A DNA stretch of 64,000 nt from Macrostomum lignano (taxonomy: Eukaryota), in assembly GCA_002269645.1 (NCBI GenBank), contig NIVC01003368.1, positions 1-64,000 on the forward strand. Reading direction: 5' to 3'. Below are positions 40,701 to 53,100 of the stretch, in pieces. How positions within the stretch are numbered: position 1 is the stretch's first letter; every line of letters starts with the position of its first letter. A program made the position numbers and the translations under genes. The notes beneath the pieces are model-generated. The model saw nothing but the letters and a program-made list of their open reading frames with translations. It was not told where the DNA came from and searched no databases.

Positions 40701-42782
40701 ATAAGGCGACTTACTTCTAATAGTCACATTATGCTGTAGCATAGTAAATAGCTTTGAAACTGGAGCAGTGACCTGAAATAACAAAATTATTTAAAGGCAA
40801 AATTTATAAGCTATAAACAAGAAATGCATTATATTATATACAAATACAGAAGGCTCAGTCCAGTGGTCTAGCATAGCACTTTGATGTGCCAGCAGCCTGG
40901 AATCTTAGCTTACAAAAAGGCTTATGCAATTAATGGTCTTGAGGCCAACTATAAATATAGTTAGGGCTGCTGACACTGGGATACTTTGGACAGAGGGATA
41001 CTCAGACACTGGGATACTTCGGACAGAGGGATACTCAGACACTGAGATACTTCGGACAGAGGGATACTCAGACACTGAGATACTTCAGACAGAGGGATAC
41101 TCAGACACATAAGCTCATGTGAGTATGCCCATGCTATGACTATATATAGTCTATATAACAACTATATAATCACTTACTTTTTCCTAACCCAGACAATCTG
41201 TCTAATCTTGCATTTTGTTATTAGGTGTTCTGCCTCTTTATCCAATTCTCTATTAGATGTCCTATCCTCTATGCCAATATACCCTATTAGCTATTAGAAT
41301 TCCCCATCAGTGTGCCTCATTTCCTAGGCAACTTTGATTTATTATATAGCAATTCTTTCATTTTTTTGGACTGAATTTAAAGTATAGACAATGTCTTGCC
41401 ACTTGGACACTTACACTGCTAGAGGTACCTCTGAAGCATACTCCTTATAGTAACAAATTGAATAATTTTTCCCAATTCCAAGAAATTCTCAAGTCCCCTA
41501 AATCAAATTTACTGACAGTCATGAGATTTATCTCCCTATCCCAAACCATAGTCCAGATTATGCTAGGTGCATGCCTCAACAAAAATTGAATAATTAAAAT
41601 GCATGCCAAAAAAATTGAATGCATGCCCATTCTTAAAACTACTCTGGTTTTGCAACAATAAATGACTTTTTTATGTTATGACAATAAATAACTTCTTTTA
41701 AATTGCATAATGAACCCTTTTTGGCAAGTAATTTGGTTGATTTGTATGCTTTTTTGGCATTACAATTTATACTAAAAAATTGATATGTGCAATGATTTGT
41801 TTCACTATTTTGTTACATGCTAAAAAACTAGAAACCTTGAAATGTATGCTTAAAAATGAACTTTTTTTATCTTTGTCCTATTTTACAATAACTCTTCTAC
41901 ATGATTTTATAGAATGCACGCCATATGAGCATGTATATTATTTTCTTAGAAGCGATGAACACCAACTATGCACATTTACTTTTGGCATGCAAGGCCAATG
42001 TAGGCCCAAATTTTTGGGTATATACTATATGATCCAGAGTGTGGATCCCAAAAAGAATAGAATTTGTAGAATTTTTAGAATTGTAGAATCAGTAGAATTT
42101 CCCAAAAATAACCTCCCATCTACAGCTATAGTTTGGAAAGTGATTATATATATATATATGCTAGGATTTTAGATTTCCTATCATATAATAAAGGTACTTG
42201 CTATTTTCTAGCATATATATCAGTATATATCCTAATCCTAGCATACAAGATACAGTGGAAAATTTTGGTCTTAGATCTATGGCACACTTGCATACATGTT
42301 AGGCCTACCTAGGATCAAATAAAATGACTTTATATAAACAATGAGCACTATATTATATACATGCAATAGGCCAATACTAGGCCCTATCAATATGGATTCA
42401 TGGAACAAGGAATAATAACAAAACAATTTTAAACTTTGTGCCCTAGGGCCTAATAAAACTTTTTTTTAAATTTTTAGCAAATAAAAGTAGGGCCTATTTA
42501 AAACACTTTCTAGAAATTTTTTGTCCCAGCATAGGGCCTACAAATTTATATGTTCATGTAATTTTCCCCTGATTAAAGCAAAATGTTTTAAAAGTGAAAA
42601 GAAAACTATTATAAAACAAAATATTAGGAACAAAACGAGGAATATACCTGGAACATCAATCCAATGACAATCACCATTGCAATAAAGCTGACTATGTCAC
42701 CATGATTTGCAATGATATAATCATGAGAAAAGTAGGATGTATTTTTATATTTCTTCTTTGTACCTTTAGTGTATGACATCAT
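37747..42782 (-). CDS. TRAM1: Translocating chain-associated membrane protein (TRAM1-like, TLC domain), 6 exons
   Basis: Phase-compatible GT-AG exons 42648-42782 (FSHDYIIANHGDIVS...GLMFQ), 40715-40772, 40218-40606 (YWLHCFPELYFQ), 39404-39741 (IAGAYLLNLN...GNFN), 38958-39124 (QGYLMWNFI), 37747-37874 (last exon less certain). Confidence 0.92.
37915..38775. repeat. 32-bp minisatellite in last TRAM intron
   Basis: CAAGGTCACAACCCCAGATCAAGGCATCATTT. Confidence 0.93.
39822..40085. repeat. 21-bp minisatellite in TRAM intron 3
   Basis: GGTGGATTTACAGCCTGAGGT. Confidence 0.9.
40968..41110. repeat. 33-bp minisatellite in TRAM intron 1
   Basis: GACACTGGGATACTTCGGACAGAGGGATACTCA, about 4 copies. Confidence 0.85.
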
Positions 42783-44057
42783 GTTACGATTAACCACTTA
42801 TTGGATACTCGTAACAGCACTAGTTCTGAATGTCGGATATTTATGTACTAATGTCAACAAAACAAAACTTCCTGTTGTACTGCGAAGAGTCATGTCTGGC
42901 GATATCTGAGAAGCTAGCTCGTGATCGTCGCGAAAATCCCAGATTGAATTGTACACAAATCTATAACAAAGGTGAATTTAAAGTAGTTACAGAAGTCTAG
43001 CAAAGTTAAGCTGAAAAGCAATTTTAGCTTAGAATTAAAAAAACCACCCTTAATATCTTGAAATTTTCATCATGACTTAATTATTGTAGGGATGCGATAA
43101 TAAGTGATGAACAAATTTGACGGAAATCGATAGAGAAATGCGCGCTCAAGTTATAAATAAAACTTGTCAATACGAATATAAAAAAGAACAGACTCGTTGG
43201 AGATCTTGAAAAGCAAACTTTACTTTGGAAAGACATAAAATATTCAAGAGCAAAACTATCTGCATATATATCTGCGGTGAACATGCAGTTCCGTATTTTT
43301 CCTTACTTTTTCTGACTTCTGTTTAATTGGTCAGATTAGGTGCAGTTTAAGTGAAATTTAATATTAAATCCAATATAATAAAAATGATTTGCCTTTTTCG
43401 CTAGTTTTCTCGATTAGAGGAAAAAAGCTCAACCGATTTTCATGAGACTTGCACTGTTCATCAGAAATTTTTTCGTGACGGTAAATCTAGTAAGCTTACG
43501 TGTAGTCTAGTAATATAATCTAGTTAGCTAGTAATCAATAATATAGTAAGCTAGTCTGTTAATCGATCATCTAGATCCACGTAAGAGAAAGCAGAATGCA
43601 GCTGGGTGACTTGAAAAATACAGAAACTAAAACAGGATAGGATATAGCGAGTTACCCGCCTCACCTGCTTCTTTAGTGCTTTGCAAGCATATATTTTGGA
43701 ATGAGGCGGGCATTCCTTTCAGCTATTCTTGAATATGGTGACTCGGTAACTCGGCAGAATAGGTAGCATAGAAGCGGCAAAGCTAGGCGAGGCAAAGCAA
43801 GACTAAAGGTATAAGCATGAATAACAATTAAAAGGTATAAGGTATTAATATATGATATCCCTAGAAGACATTGACGACGTTATGATTCTTGACAGATCTT
43901 ATCTATCTTCTTGGGTTGCTGCGCAAGTTTAGCAAGAACGTTCAAGATCTTCGCTATGATAATACTTAGGTAAACTTACCAAAACTGGGCGACTTATTGC
44001 TGCATCGCACAAGATCTTAACTTTATATCTTTTTATAGCTTCCAATCGCATATTTTG

Positions 44058-44118
44058 ATGGGTTTCGACCTTTCGGCCCCCTTGCGGGGAAGCCTTCGGG
44101 CCTCAGGTCTCAGAAATA
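44058..44118 (-). other. Compact structured-RNA-like hairpin cluster
   Basis: TTTCTGAGACCTGAGGCCCGAAGGCTTCCCCGCAAGGGGGCCGAAAGGTCGAAAC: nested stems, GNRA loops. Confidence 0.45.
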
Positions 44119-45319
44119 AATCAATTAGAGTCCTGGCCCCCCACTCCTGTCAGATGGTCAGCCCCATGGTAGCTTGATCGTGTGGCGAGCAGTCTAGCTA
44201 AGAGAGGGACAGCGAGAGACAAGCAGGGAGAATTTTGAAGGTAGAATATAGTTAATCCGCACATTAGCTAACTCGCTGCCACAAGCCAGTGCGTCCTGGC
44301 TCACCACACCGGGACTCTCGAAATCGGGCTTCCGACTAGAAGGGGCTTTGCACTTACCGCCAACTAGTGTCTTTTTGCTGTCAATCTCGAAGTCATAGCC
44401 GATGATAAGGGACACTGCTGGGACTAGATCGCATTGGCCATGCAGGTACAGAGGGGACTTGTGCAGGGGATTCTTGCGGTGGCGAGTCTATGGGGTAGCT
44501 ACATGTACTATTACATTGCTAAAAACGAAGAATTGTACTTTTGGCCTTCAACGCGCCAACTAGCCTCTCATAGCGCTGATGATAGACTAACTCGAACTTC
44601 AGAGACCGCATGATTCATTACCCGAGCCGCTTGGCGATCCTAGAGTGCACAAAGTACATCTCTGGCGCCGATTCTGCACTATTCGCAATTTTGCTCACTG
44701 ATTTGATAGATTGATCGACTGAGAACTGCCTTGCCATTGGTCCACTGTGACCGGCGCCTACTAGCTTAGCAACTCATCTGAGCCATCGGCGAACAAAGAA
44801 ATAAAACCGATGAAAATAACTGTCAGATTTAACCTTCTCCTCAGATCACTTCACACTTCAGATTAAATTGGAGTTTTAGACTACTAGCAGTATTATTGAA
44901 TGACTTCTGCCTCAGCAACAGCACTACTGAACAAAAAGAGCAAAAGTGTGCGCCTAATCCAGCTACTGAAACAGGGGACAGATAAGGAATCACCCAATCA
45001 AGCAAGTCTATAGGCAGCCTCTCACCCAACCAATCAGAAACCCAACAGCCGGAGACCAGGTAATCCACAGTGACCGAATCGGCTAAGTGCTTCGCAGCTG
45101 TAGACCCGGGATGGTGCTGATGTCACGGTCTTCGCAGATAGCTAGCAGGTGATGCTCGTAACTTTGATGTTCGCTGCTGATGACCGGAGGGACTCGTCCT
45201 TGATAATGATGGGGGAGGTCGCAATCCGGGGATCAAGAAACGACGGTCGCGCTCCGGGATGTCTCAATCTAGGCTAAGGTCCCAGCAGGAGTAGTTGGCC
45301 CGAGCGGGCCAAAAACACC

Positions 45320-45700
45320 GGTTTAAATAGCCGCCAACTGGACCGCAGTTTGTTATAATGGAACACGTCGATTCTGATTGGCTGAGCCGATTTGTTAAAA
45401 TGAGCGTCGAATTTTCTGATTGGCTAAGCTGGTTGCTACCCAGAATCATGTGACCGGGAGATCCTATCAGTTCCCTCGGGGTCGTAAAAAGATGACAGGT
45501 GCGGCCATAAATCAATCAAAATCGCAACGAAATGATTTATTATTATCATGATTTGTTAAAATGAGCGTCGAATTTTCTGATTGGCTAAGCTGGTTGCTAC
45601 CCAGAATCATGTGACCGGGAGATCCTATCAGTTCCCTCGGGGTCGTAAAAAGATGACAGGTGCGGCCATAAATCAATCAAAATCGCAACAAAATGATTTA
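45320..45700 (-). promoter_or_regulatory. Promoter/LTR-like segment with CCAAT boxes, TATA-like motif and ~150-bp direct duplication
   Basis: Minus strand CCAATCAG copies upstream of TATTTAAA; 45392-45540 repeated at 45552-45700. Confidence 0.4.
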
Positions 45701-46435
45701 TGACTTTTCGCGTAGGATTGACAGAAATTAATGAAAAATATACATTAGAAAGCTCTTATTAAATAGAAAGTGAAGATAATGAAGAGAAACCACTAATCGC
45801 TAATCCCAAGGTACTTTTAGGGGTAAAACGCATAGCTGTCAAAGCTGTCACACGCTTGAGTGAACACGAACAATAGGCTCTGACCTCATAAATCTTGATG
45901 GCCTGTCAAAATGATGAGAAAAAAGCTACCGCCCGCATCCTCTCAGACCATCTGGCGCCCGCCTCAACACTGAGTGAGGCGCAGGTGGCTGTCAGACCAG
46001 CTTCGAAAGCGATGATTTATGACCCAAAAAGCTGCGCCTATGTTATGACTAAATATGACCAAACATTATATCTAGTATAGATTCTATGACAATTCGCAGA
46101 AAAAGGATAAAAATGCCCATTGCCCACTGTTAGTAGGCTAGTAAGTTTAGAGCCCATGTGCTAGCTTGGGATTTGAAAAAAAGTGCGTCCTCATCAATTT
46201 TATTGAATTTATTGTCCCATTTTGCCATAAAAAAATAATAAAACTAGAAACACTTGGGTCAAATGAATGACAAAACAAATGTAGCCTATACCTTCTTAAA
46301 AGATCCTGCAAGAACCGAGCAGATTGAGAAGATCTCTGCTAAGAATGGCGCAGAGACAAGATCTGCTAAGTTTGAGAAACAGAATGTCCTCTAGGGATGT
46401 AATAGCTAGAAGCCTGAAATCAGACTACAGCAGCC

Positions 46436-46764
46436 GGTGACCGGACATTTCGTCAACCGGCATTTCGTCAACCAGACATTATGGCAACTCAGCAAATTGT
46501 AGCTGATTATTATAGCTGCACCAGCAGCCAGAGAATGTGAGAAGTAGTAATGCGATGTCAAAATTTGTTTAACACTTCTTGGAAGTTAATTTTCGTACAA
46601 ACGTTCGGTCCTCAATGGTGTCGCAATACTTGTACCATGGGACCTGAATACCATGCACATGATTTCAATATTTTCTATTATAAAACTTAAAACTTTAACT
46701 TTAATATGTCTGGTTGACAAAATACCAGATGACAAAATGCCGGTTGACGAAATGTCCTGGAACC
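46436..46764. mobile_element. 329-bp non-autonomous TIR element
   Basis: Imperfect TIR GGT(GACC/TCCA)GGACATTTCGTCAACCGGCATT; 8-bp TSD CAGCAGCC. Confidence 0.82.
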
Positions 46765-46959
46765 CAGCAGCCACTATTCATTCTGGATTTAGGACGATTT
46801 AGGCGAGGCAACCCGCACGAAAGAACCGCAAAAAGACTCAATAACTAAACCTCCTCGAAACGCTCTAACTCGGTCAGCAAACGCGGAGCTACGTGTGGAT
46901 GTAAGAATACATGTAGGTGATCGAAGTTGGCTTGGACGCATTTTGAAATTTACGGAGTT

Positions 46960-47012
46960 CAGGTGGCCGTGATCGTCGTGAGTCCGACGCTCTAACCACT
47001 AGGCTACAACCC
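46960..47012 (-). mobile_element. Truncated head of the tRNA-derived SINE
   Basis: GGGTTGTAGCCTAGTGGTTAGAGCGTCGGACTC matches heads of the two SINE copies. Confidence 0.55.
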
Positions 47013-49109
47013 TTACCCTAGCCTAGGCTATAACCTTTGAAATACTATAAGTAACACATTAAGATACAGACGAAATCAAAAGTACATCCTGCTTCTTGCT
47101 ATTACAATGTCTGAATGGATTGATTGTTTGTTGAAGCCAGGCAATGCAGTGAGCGAAGAGAATAATACACTACCGCGGAAATTGGAATTCGATAGAGGTA
47201 AACCTAATTTCTCTTGCTCAAGTGCTGTGCGGACTGTGGAATCGTAGAAAATAGATGATAGCTTAATTAAAGTCTCAGATGCAATTCGATCTCCCCCTGA
47301 CCTACCCGAAGAAATTGACAGATTTAATAGATTTTGTATATAGAATCTCATCTCTTCTACAAGTACATGTATAGGCAGTCGAGTTCCAGGTGCCAGAATC
47401 TTCACTAACATGCAGGTAATTCCTGGGCGCTAATCAGCTATTAACTTTTAGAATTTCCGAATAGGAATGTACGTACGGCACTACTACGAGTAATGCGTCT
47501 TTTAATTCTTGTCGAATGTGAACTTATTCATTAAAACCAGCGTGTAAATCTGGTATATACACACGCAGTATATAATTATGCTTGTGTGTGTAAGCTAAAG
47601 CAATACGCATTTGAGAAGTGCACTTGTTGAGTTGGCAGGGGAAATGAATGCCAGACGTGGGAATAAAATCATTCTAAGAACAATCAACTCCAGACCGGAG
47701 GGAGCCGCTGTTTGCGCGAGCCTGCATTTCTGTGCCAATGGCAAGATGAAGCATTGAATTATTAATTGAGAGGCAATGGCCAAGTCTTCAGTATAGGGCC
47801 AGCAGACTGAAAATTTTCCACTTTCTGTATTATTCCTGCCCCTCGTTGTTGCTTGTTTCTATTTTGGTTTCTTACTACCAGCTTTTTGCACTGCATGCGC
47901 CAAATTAGCATAAAATTTTTGCATCTAGAATTGCAATTAGTTTATAGAAAGCTGGAGAAAAAAACAGTTTCTAATCATTAAGTCTCTTATTTTATATTCC
48001 AGCTATGTGATTTACTAGTGTAGTATATATGATTATTATGATTATGATTACGTTATTATTATTAGCTATGTGCCATTTTCTCCATATTACTGATTCAAAT
48101 TACTGATTACCGACGTCCTATTATAATGGCCGGCTTTTAATTAGCTATAGCTAGATTTTTAATAGTGAGAAACCAAATCACAAAAGTATCAGCTATCGGT
48201 TTAAAAAACTTTACATGAAATATTGTAGCTACAGTACATCGCATGTCTACCATGTCAGATAAATTAATTACCATCAAGGAACAAGGAAAATTTTACGACG
48301 CAAAACTTCTTTTTTGAACGTCGCCTTACTGGAAGTCTAAAAAAACTGCAAACCAACGCAGTAAATCCATCTACTGTAACTAGATGTAACGGTAAATTTT
48401 CTTTTCCAAGAAAGACTAGCGTGAAAAATGTACATGTACATGTTCGTTTGGAAGGAGAGTTATAACTGCTAATAACTATACATTGGTTCCTACTACCAAC
48501 GCAGCATTCTTCTACTTAATGTGCCCATCGAAGTAGGTGTACGTGCAGACTCCAGCTGAAATATAAATTTATTTAGATAAACATTTGATTTCTAAACTAC
48601 TGCAAAATTATCTCAAGTTGACGTATTATGAATCGAAATTTACTGGCGTACATTGTTTTAGGAAGAAACTATATTTTGTTATTATATGCACTTTTGTGAT
48701 GTAATAAGTAATATATAAGTAATATAATAACAATGCAAGTTACACAGAAAAAGAAAGAAGGTCATTGCTCCTTAATAAATTATAATAAAATTATCGACAG
48801 TTAAATAACAGTTTTGAATATATTGTCTACATATCGAAAATAATATCTGAAAAATATATAATTTCTGAAAAAAATTTGTACGTACGTACACGAACCTCTG
48901 CAGTTCTACCAAAGCCATGTCATGTCAATGGAAGTCGGATTGTTTTACACTGCGTTAGGCTGATCCAATCCGTCACCTTTAAATTAAAGGTACATGTAGT
49001 ACGAGCTGTAATATAACTTGACTATAAATTTGTGTAGGAAATATTTACGTTCTGATTAAAATAAGAATAGCATAAAGCGTAATCTTTTATAGTCTTGTAC
49101 ATGTATATT

Positions 49110-50122
49110 CAGTGGCGTAGCCAGGGTGGGGGGCCGGCCCCCCCCCCCCCCCAATCTTCTGGGGGGGGGTGGGGTTGGGCGCGGCGGGTACCAAAAAACC
49201 ATGAGGCAATTGAGTGCCTGCGGCGCTAAAATGAGTGCCTGTGGAGCCAAAATGAGTGCCTGCGGCGCTAAAATGAGTGCCTCCGGCGCCAAAATGAGTG
49301 CCTCCGGCGCCAAAATGAGTGCCTGCGGCGTCAAAATGAGTGCCTGCGGCGTCAAAATGAGTGCCTCCGGCGCCAAAATGAGTGCCTGCGGCGCTAAAAT
49401 GAGTGCCTGCGGCGCTAAACTGAGTGCCTGCGGCGCCAAAAAGAGTGCCTCCGGCGCCAAAATGAGTGCCTCCGGCGCCAAAATGAGTGCCTGCGGCGTC
49501 AAAATGAGTGCCTGCGGCGCTAAAATGAGTGCCTGTGGAGCCAAAATGAGTGCCTGCGGCGCTAAAATGAGTGCCTGCGGCGCTAAAATGAGTGCCTGCG
49601 GCGCTAAAATGAGTGCCTGCGGCGCCAAAAAGAGTGCCTCCGGCGCCAAAATGAGTGCCTCCGGCGCCAAAATGAGTGCCTGCGGCGTCAAAATGAGTGC
49701 CTGCGGCGTCAAAATGAGTGCCTGCGGCGCCAAAATGAGTGCCTGCGGCGCCAAAATGAGTGCCTGCGGCGCCAAAATGAGTGCCTGCGGCGCCAAAATG
49801 AGTGCCTGCGGCGCCAAAATGAGTGCCTGCGGCGCCAAAATGAGTGCCTGCGGCGCCAAAATGAGTGCCTGCGGCGCCAAAATGAGTGCCTGCGGCGCCA
49901 AAAAGAGTGCCTGCGGCGCCAAAACGAGTGCCTGCGGCGCCAAAATGAGTGCCTGCGGCGCCAAAATGAGTGCCTGCGGCGCCAAAATGAGTGCCTGCGG
50001 CGCCAAAAAGAGTGCCTGCGGCGCCAAAACGAGTGCCTGCGGCGCCAAAATTGGCAATGATAAAAGGCATGGCCAGCCAAGCCAACCCCCCCCCCCAATT
50101 GAAATTCCTGCCTACGCCACTG
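49110..50122. mobile_element. hAT-like non-autonomous element carrying a 21-bp minisatellite
   Basis: TIR CAGTGGCGTAG; 8-bp TSD TGTATATT; internal about 40 x AAAATGAGTGCCTGCGGCGCC. Confidence 0.9.
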
Positions 50123-50143
50123 TGTATATTTCGTGTCACTTTA

Positions 50144-53100
50144 TCAGTAGGTGAAAATGGACGTCAAAGTGGCACTATGAGGCCGTGCAGCATCAAGGGT
50201 TTCTGTACGCGTCCCAAAACTTCTTTCCGCAACGATTTCCTTCTTCTCGGCTGCAGGTCGAACCTGAATCACGGAGCCTGACTGTCCTCGATCGCTAGCT
50301 GTTGCCAGGGAGGAGGCCTTCTGACTGACTGTGTCACGGTCAGCTGCATCGACTTTGCGCTTTGAAACAACAAGGAATACCATTGAGCCGAGCAGCTCAA
50401 TAACCTCCATGACAGTGAGGACCGATGCTCCCATCCATAGACCTGAAAAAATTACAAAAACTGGAGCTTAAATCGTGCGTCAGCTTTTGCTACAGAAGTT
50501 CAGATTGGTAAACGATCAACCCTGTCGAGATTTTACGGCTACATATGTTTTGCTTGCGGAAAATTTTCTACCATGTGTATCTTCTACCAGCTAGCTACAA
50601 AAGCGATGGCAGCAGGACCGATTTCATGAGCAACTGGTAACTTAGCAGTTTCGAGCTAGCAACAGAGGTCCCTGTGACTGTTTTGCTGCTGCTAAAAGGT
50701 GGCTACAACGAGCTGGCCCAAACGGGGTCTATCTTACTAAAATCGCTCTATTTATAGATAAAGATATTTAAGAGAAATGTGCCTTGTCGCAACAAATGCA
50801 CATTTAGTGGATCCCTGTGGTGTAGAGTCTCAGAGACCCAAAGGAACCTTACCGAGCGTCCCGCCTCCTTCCGACAGGAAGCTCTCTGTGGGATATTGCC
50901 AGTCCTCTTCAAACACGACCATGGTTGACGAGGCAAAGAAGACGCTCAACTGTACAACATGCTTCTCGGGGCTAATTCCGGGCAGAAGGGAGCCGGTACT
51001 CGTGTTCAACAGCGCCGGCAGGTACGACGGCTTGGCTGAAGTTGCCTGCCATCGACTTGCTAGAAGGCGTTCGATATCTCTCGACCAAGTAGAGCCAGTA
51101 GGTAGCAGACCTAGCGAAGCGTGAGTCACGATGCTGTCCTCCCGGCAGGCCTTCTGACAGCTGTTGACGTGCTCGCCGTACACGCTTAGATCTTCGTAGC
51201 TTCGCAGGATGGCATTCTGACAGTTGCGATGGATAAAAACTTCGCTCAGATTGCCGATGGTGATATTGTTGGAGCTTCCGGTGCGGTTCCAGTCCAGCCG
51301 CATGCAGCGCGGAGCGGACATCAGGTTCGGCGGCACTGGCAGCAGGTCGGAGACGCAGCCGCAGAGCTTGTAGACGCTCTGACTTAACGACATGTCGACG
51401 CAGTTCACGATATCAAAGTCGAACTCGGTCGGGGAGGCGATTTGATTAACGACCTATCGGGTTGGTTGTGCGAGATAGGTATAAGTAGCTTGTGCCTGCT
51501 TAAGACATGGGGATCGGTTTCAGGTTGAATTTTGATATAAAGCCAGTACAACCGCAGTATTAAGAAGTCTATTCAGAAGTGATATTATACCAGATGTCTC
51601 ATATAATATTTTGGCCCCAAATACTTCGTAATACTCGTACTCCTGACCTACACTTAATGTAACTGTGCATCCAAGCCTTTTTCAAAAAAGCAGAACTGAG
51701 CGTCCAAAAAATGGCACATGAGCGTCCTTTCAAAGATGGTCTTTGAGGTAGGCCAAGTCTTATTTAAAGACGGCTCATTTATTTCCAGTACCCTCGTAAA
51801 AACGGAATTAGAAGTCGAAGCAATTATGAGAAGCCATCAGCCTGCGCTGCATAAACAATCAGTTAGGCTTTGGTGCCTGCCTGCCTGAGGGTTTTTTGGT
51901 CTAAAAAAGCTTTGTAAACGTGAGCAGCAGGTAAACGAGGCTGTAGGAAGGAGAAGGCAGCGTGCACTGTTTGGAGTCGTTGGCAACAATCGATCTGCTC
52001 AGTAAAATGAAAGCTGGTTACTTTACACACTATAGGGAAGAATACATCTCCAGTTAGTTCGTATTAGTTGCTTATGTAGCAATGTTAAATGAAATGGCTG
52101 CAGCCAAAACAGGCGCCAATATGTGGTGCCTTGGTGGGCGCACCTACTTGTCTCTTGGTGAGTGCCCCTGTCTCTTGGTGAGTGCCCCTGTCTCTTGGTG
52201 GGCGCCCCTGTTTCTTGATAGGCACCCCCTGTCTTTTGGTAGGCACCCTTGTCTCTTGGTGGGCGCCCCTGTCTCTTCGTAGGCACCCCTCCCTGTATGT
52301 TGGAGGGCGCCCCTGACTCTTGTTGGGCGCCCCTGTCTTTTGGTAGGCACCCCTGTCTTTTGGTAGGCACCCCTGTCTTTTGGTAGGCACCCCTGTCTTT
52401 TGGTAGGCACCCCTGTATTTTGGTAGGCACCCCTGTCTTTTGGTAGGCACCCCTGTCTTTTGGTAGGCACCCCTGTCTCTTGTCGGGCGCCCCCTGTCTC
52501 TTGGTGGGCGCATAAACCCGAAATATCACAACTCCAAAAGTGCTAACAACACCCAATGCTATTTTGGTTTCCGAAGTTATGGTATTTCCAGTTTGTAATA
52601 ATTCGGTATTATGATGGGGAAGTGCTTTCTGAGTTGTGATAAAACGGCATTATGCATCGCGTGTCTTAAAAAACGAAAAGAGAAGCTGAGGTCTTTAGCA
52701 GTGACTCTTGTTGGGATTTAAGATGGGATTTAAGATTACAGAATAAAAATGCTGTAAAGAGTCAAGGCTAGCATTGCTCGCATTGAAAGAACATGTAACC
52801 TTGGGATCGAATCTTCATGCCACAGCAATATGTAAAACGTCTATACATGTACCTTATTAAAAACATACCAGATGCCGATTGCTACACGGATCTTTTGGAC
52901 TAGTCAGGCGGTTGGTACGCTGGAGCAGCAGCGATATATCCGTTCGAAATCCAACTGCTGCAGCCACGGGAGCGGCACGGAAAAAGTTAATGAACTTGTC
53001 GTAGGCGCTGACTAGAATGACGTAACCGCGACTGTAACGCAGCGTCTGAGTTAGGTAAGCTTCCTGGCTGCCTTCATAGGCGAGTGTCATTGTCAGTCCG

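Noticed and set aside
47076-47790. ORFs and a possible plus-strand mini-exon (47344-47416)
   Set aside because: No recognisable domain and no consistent multi-exon model
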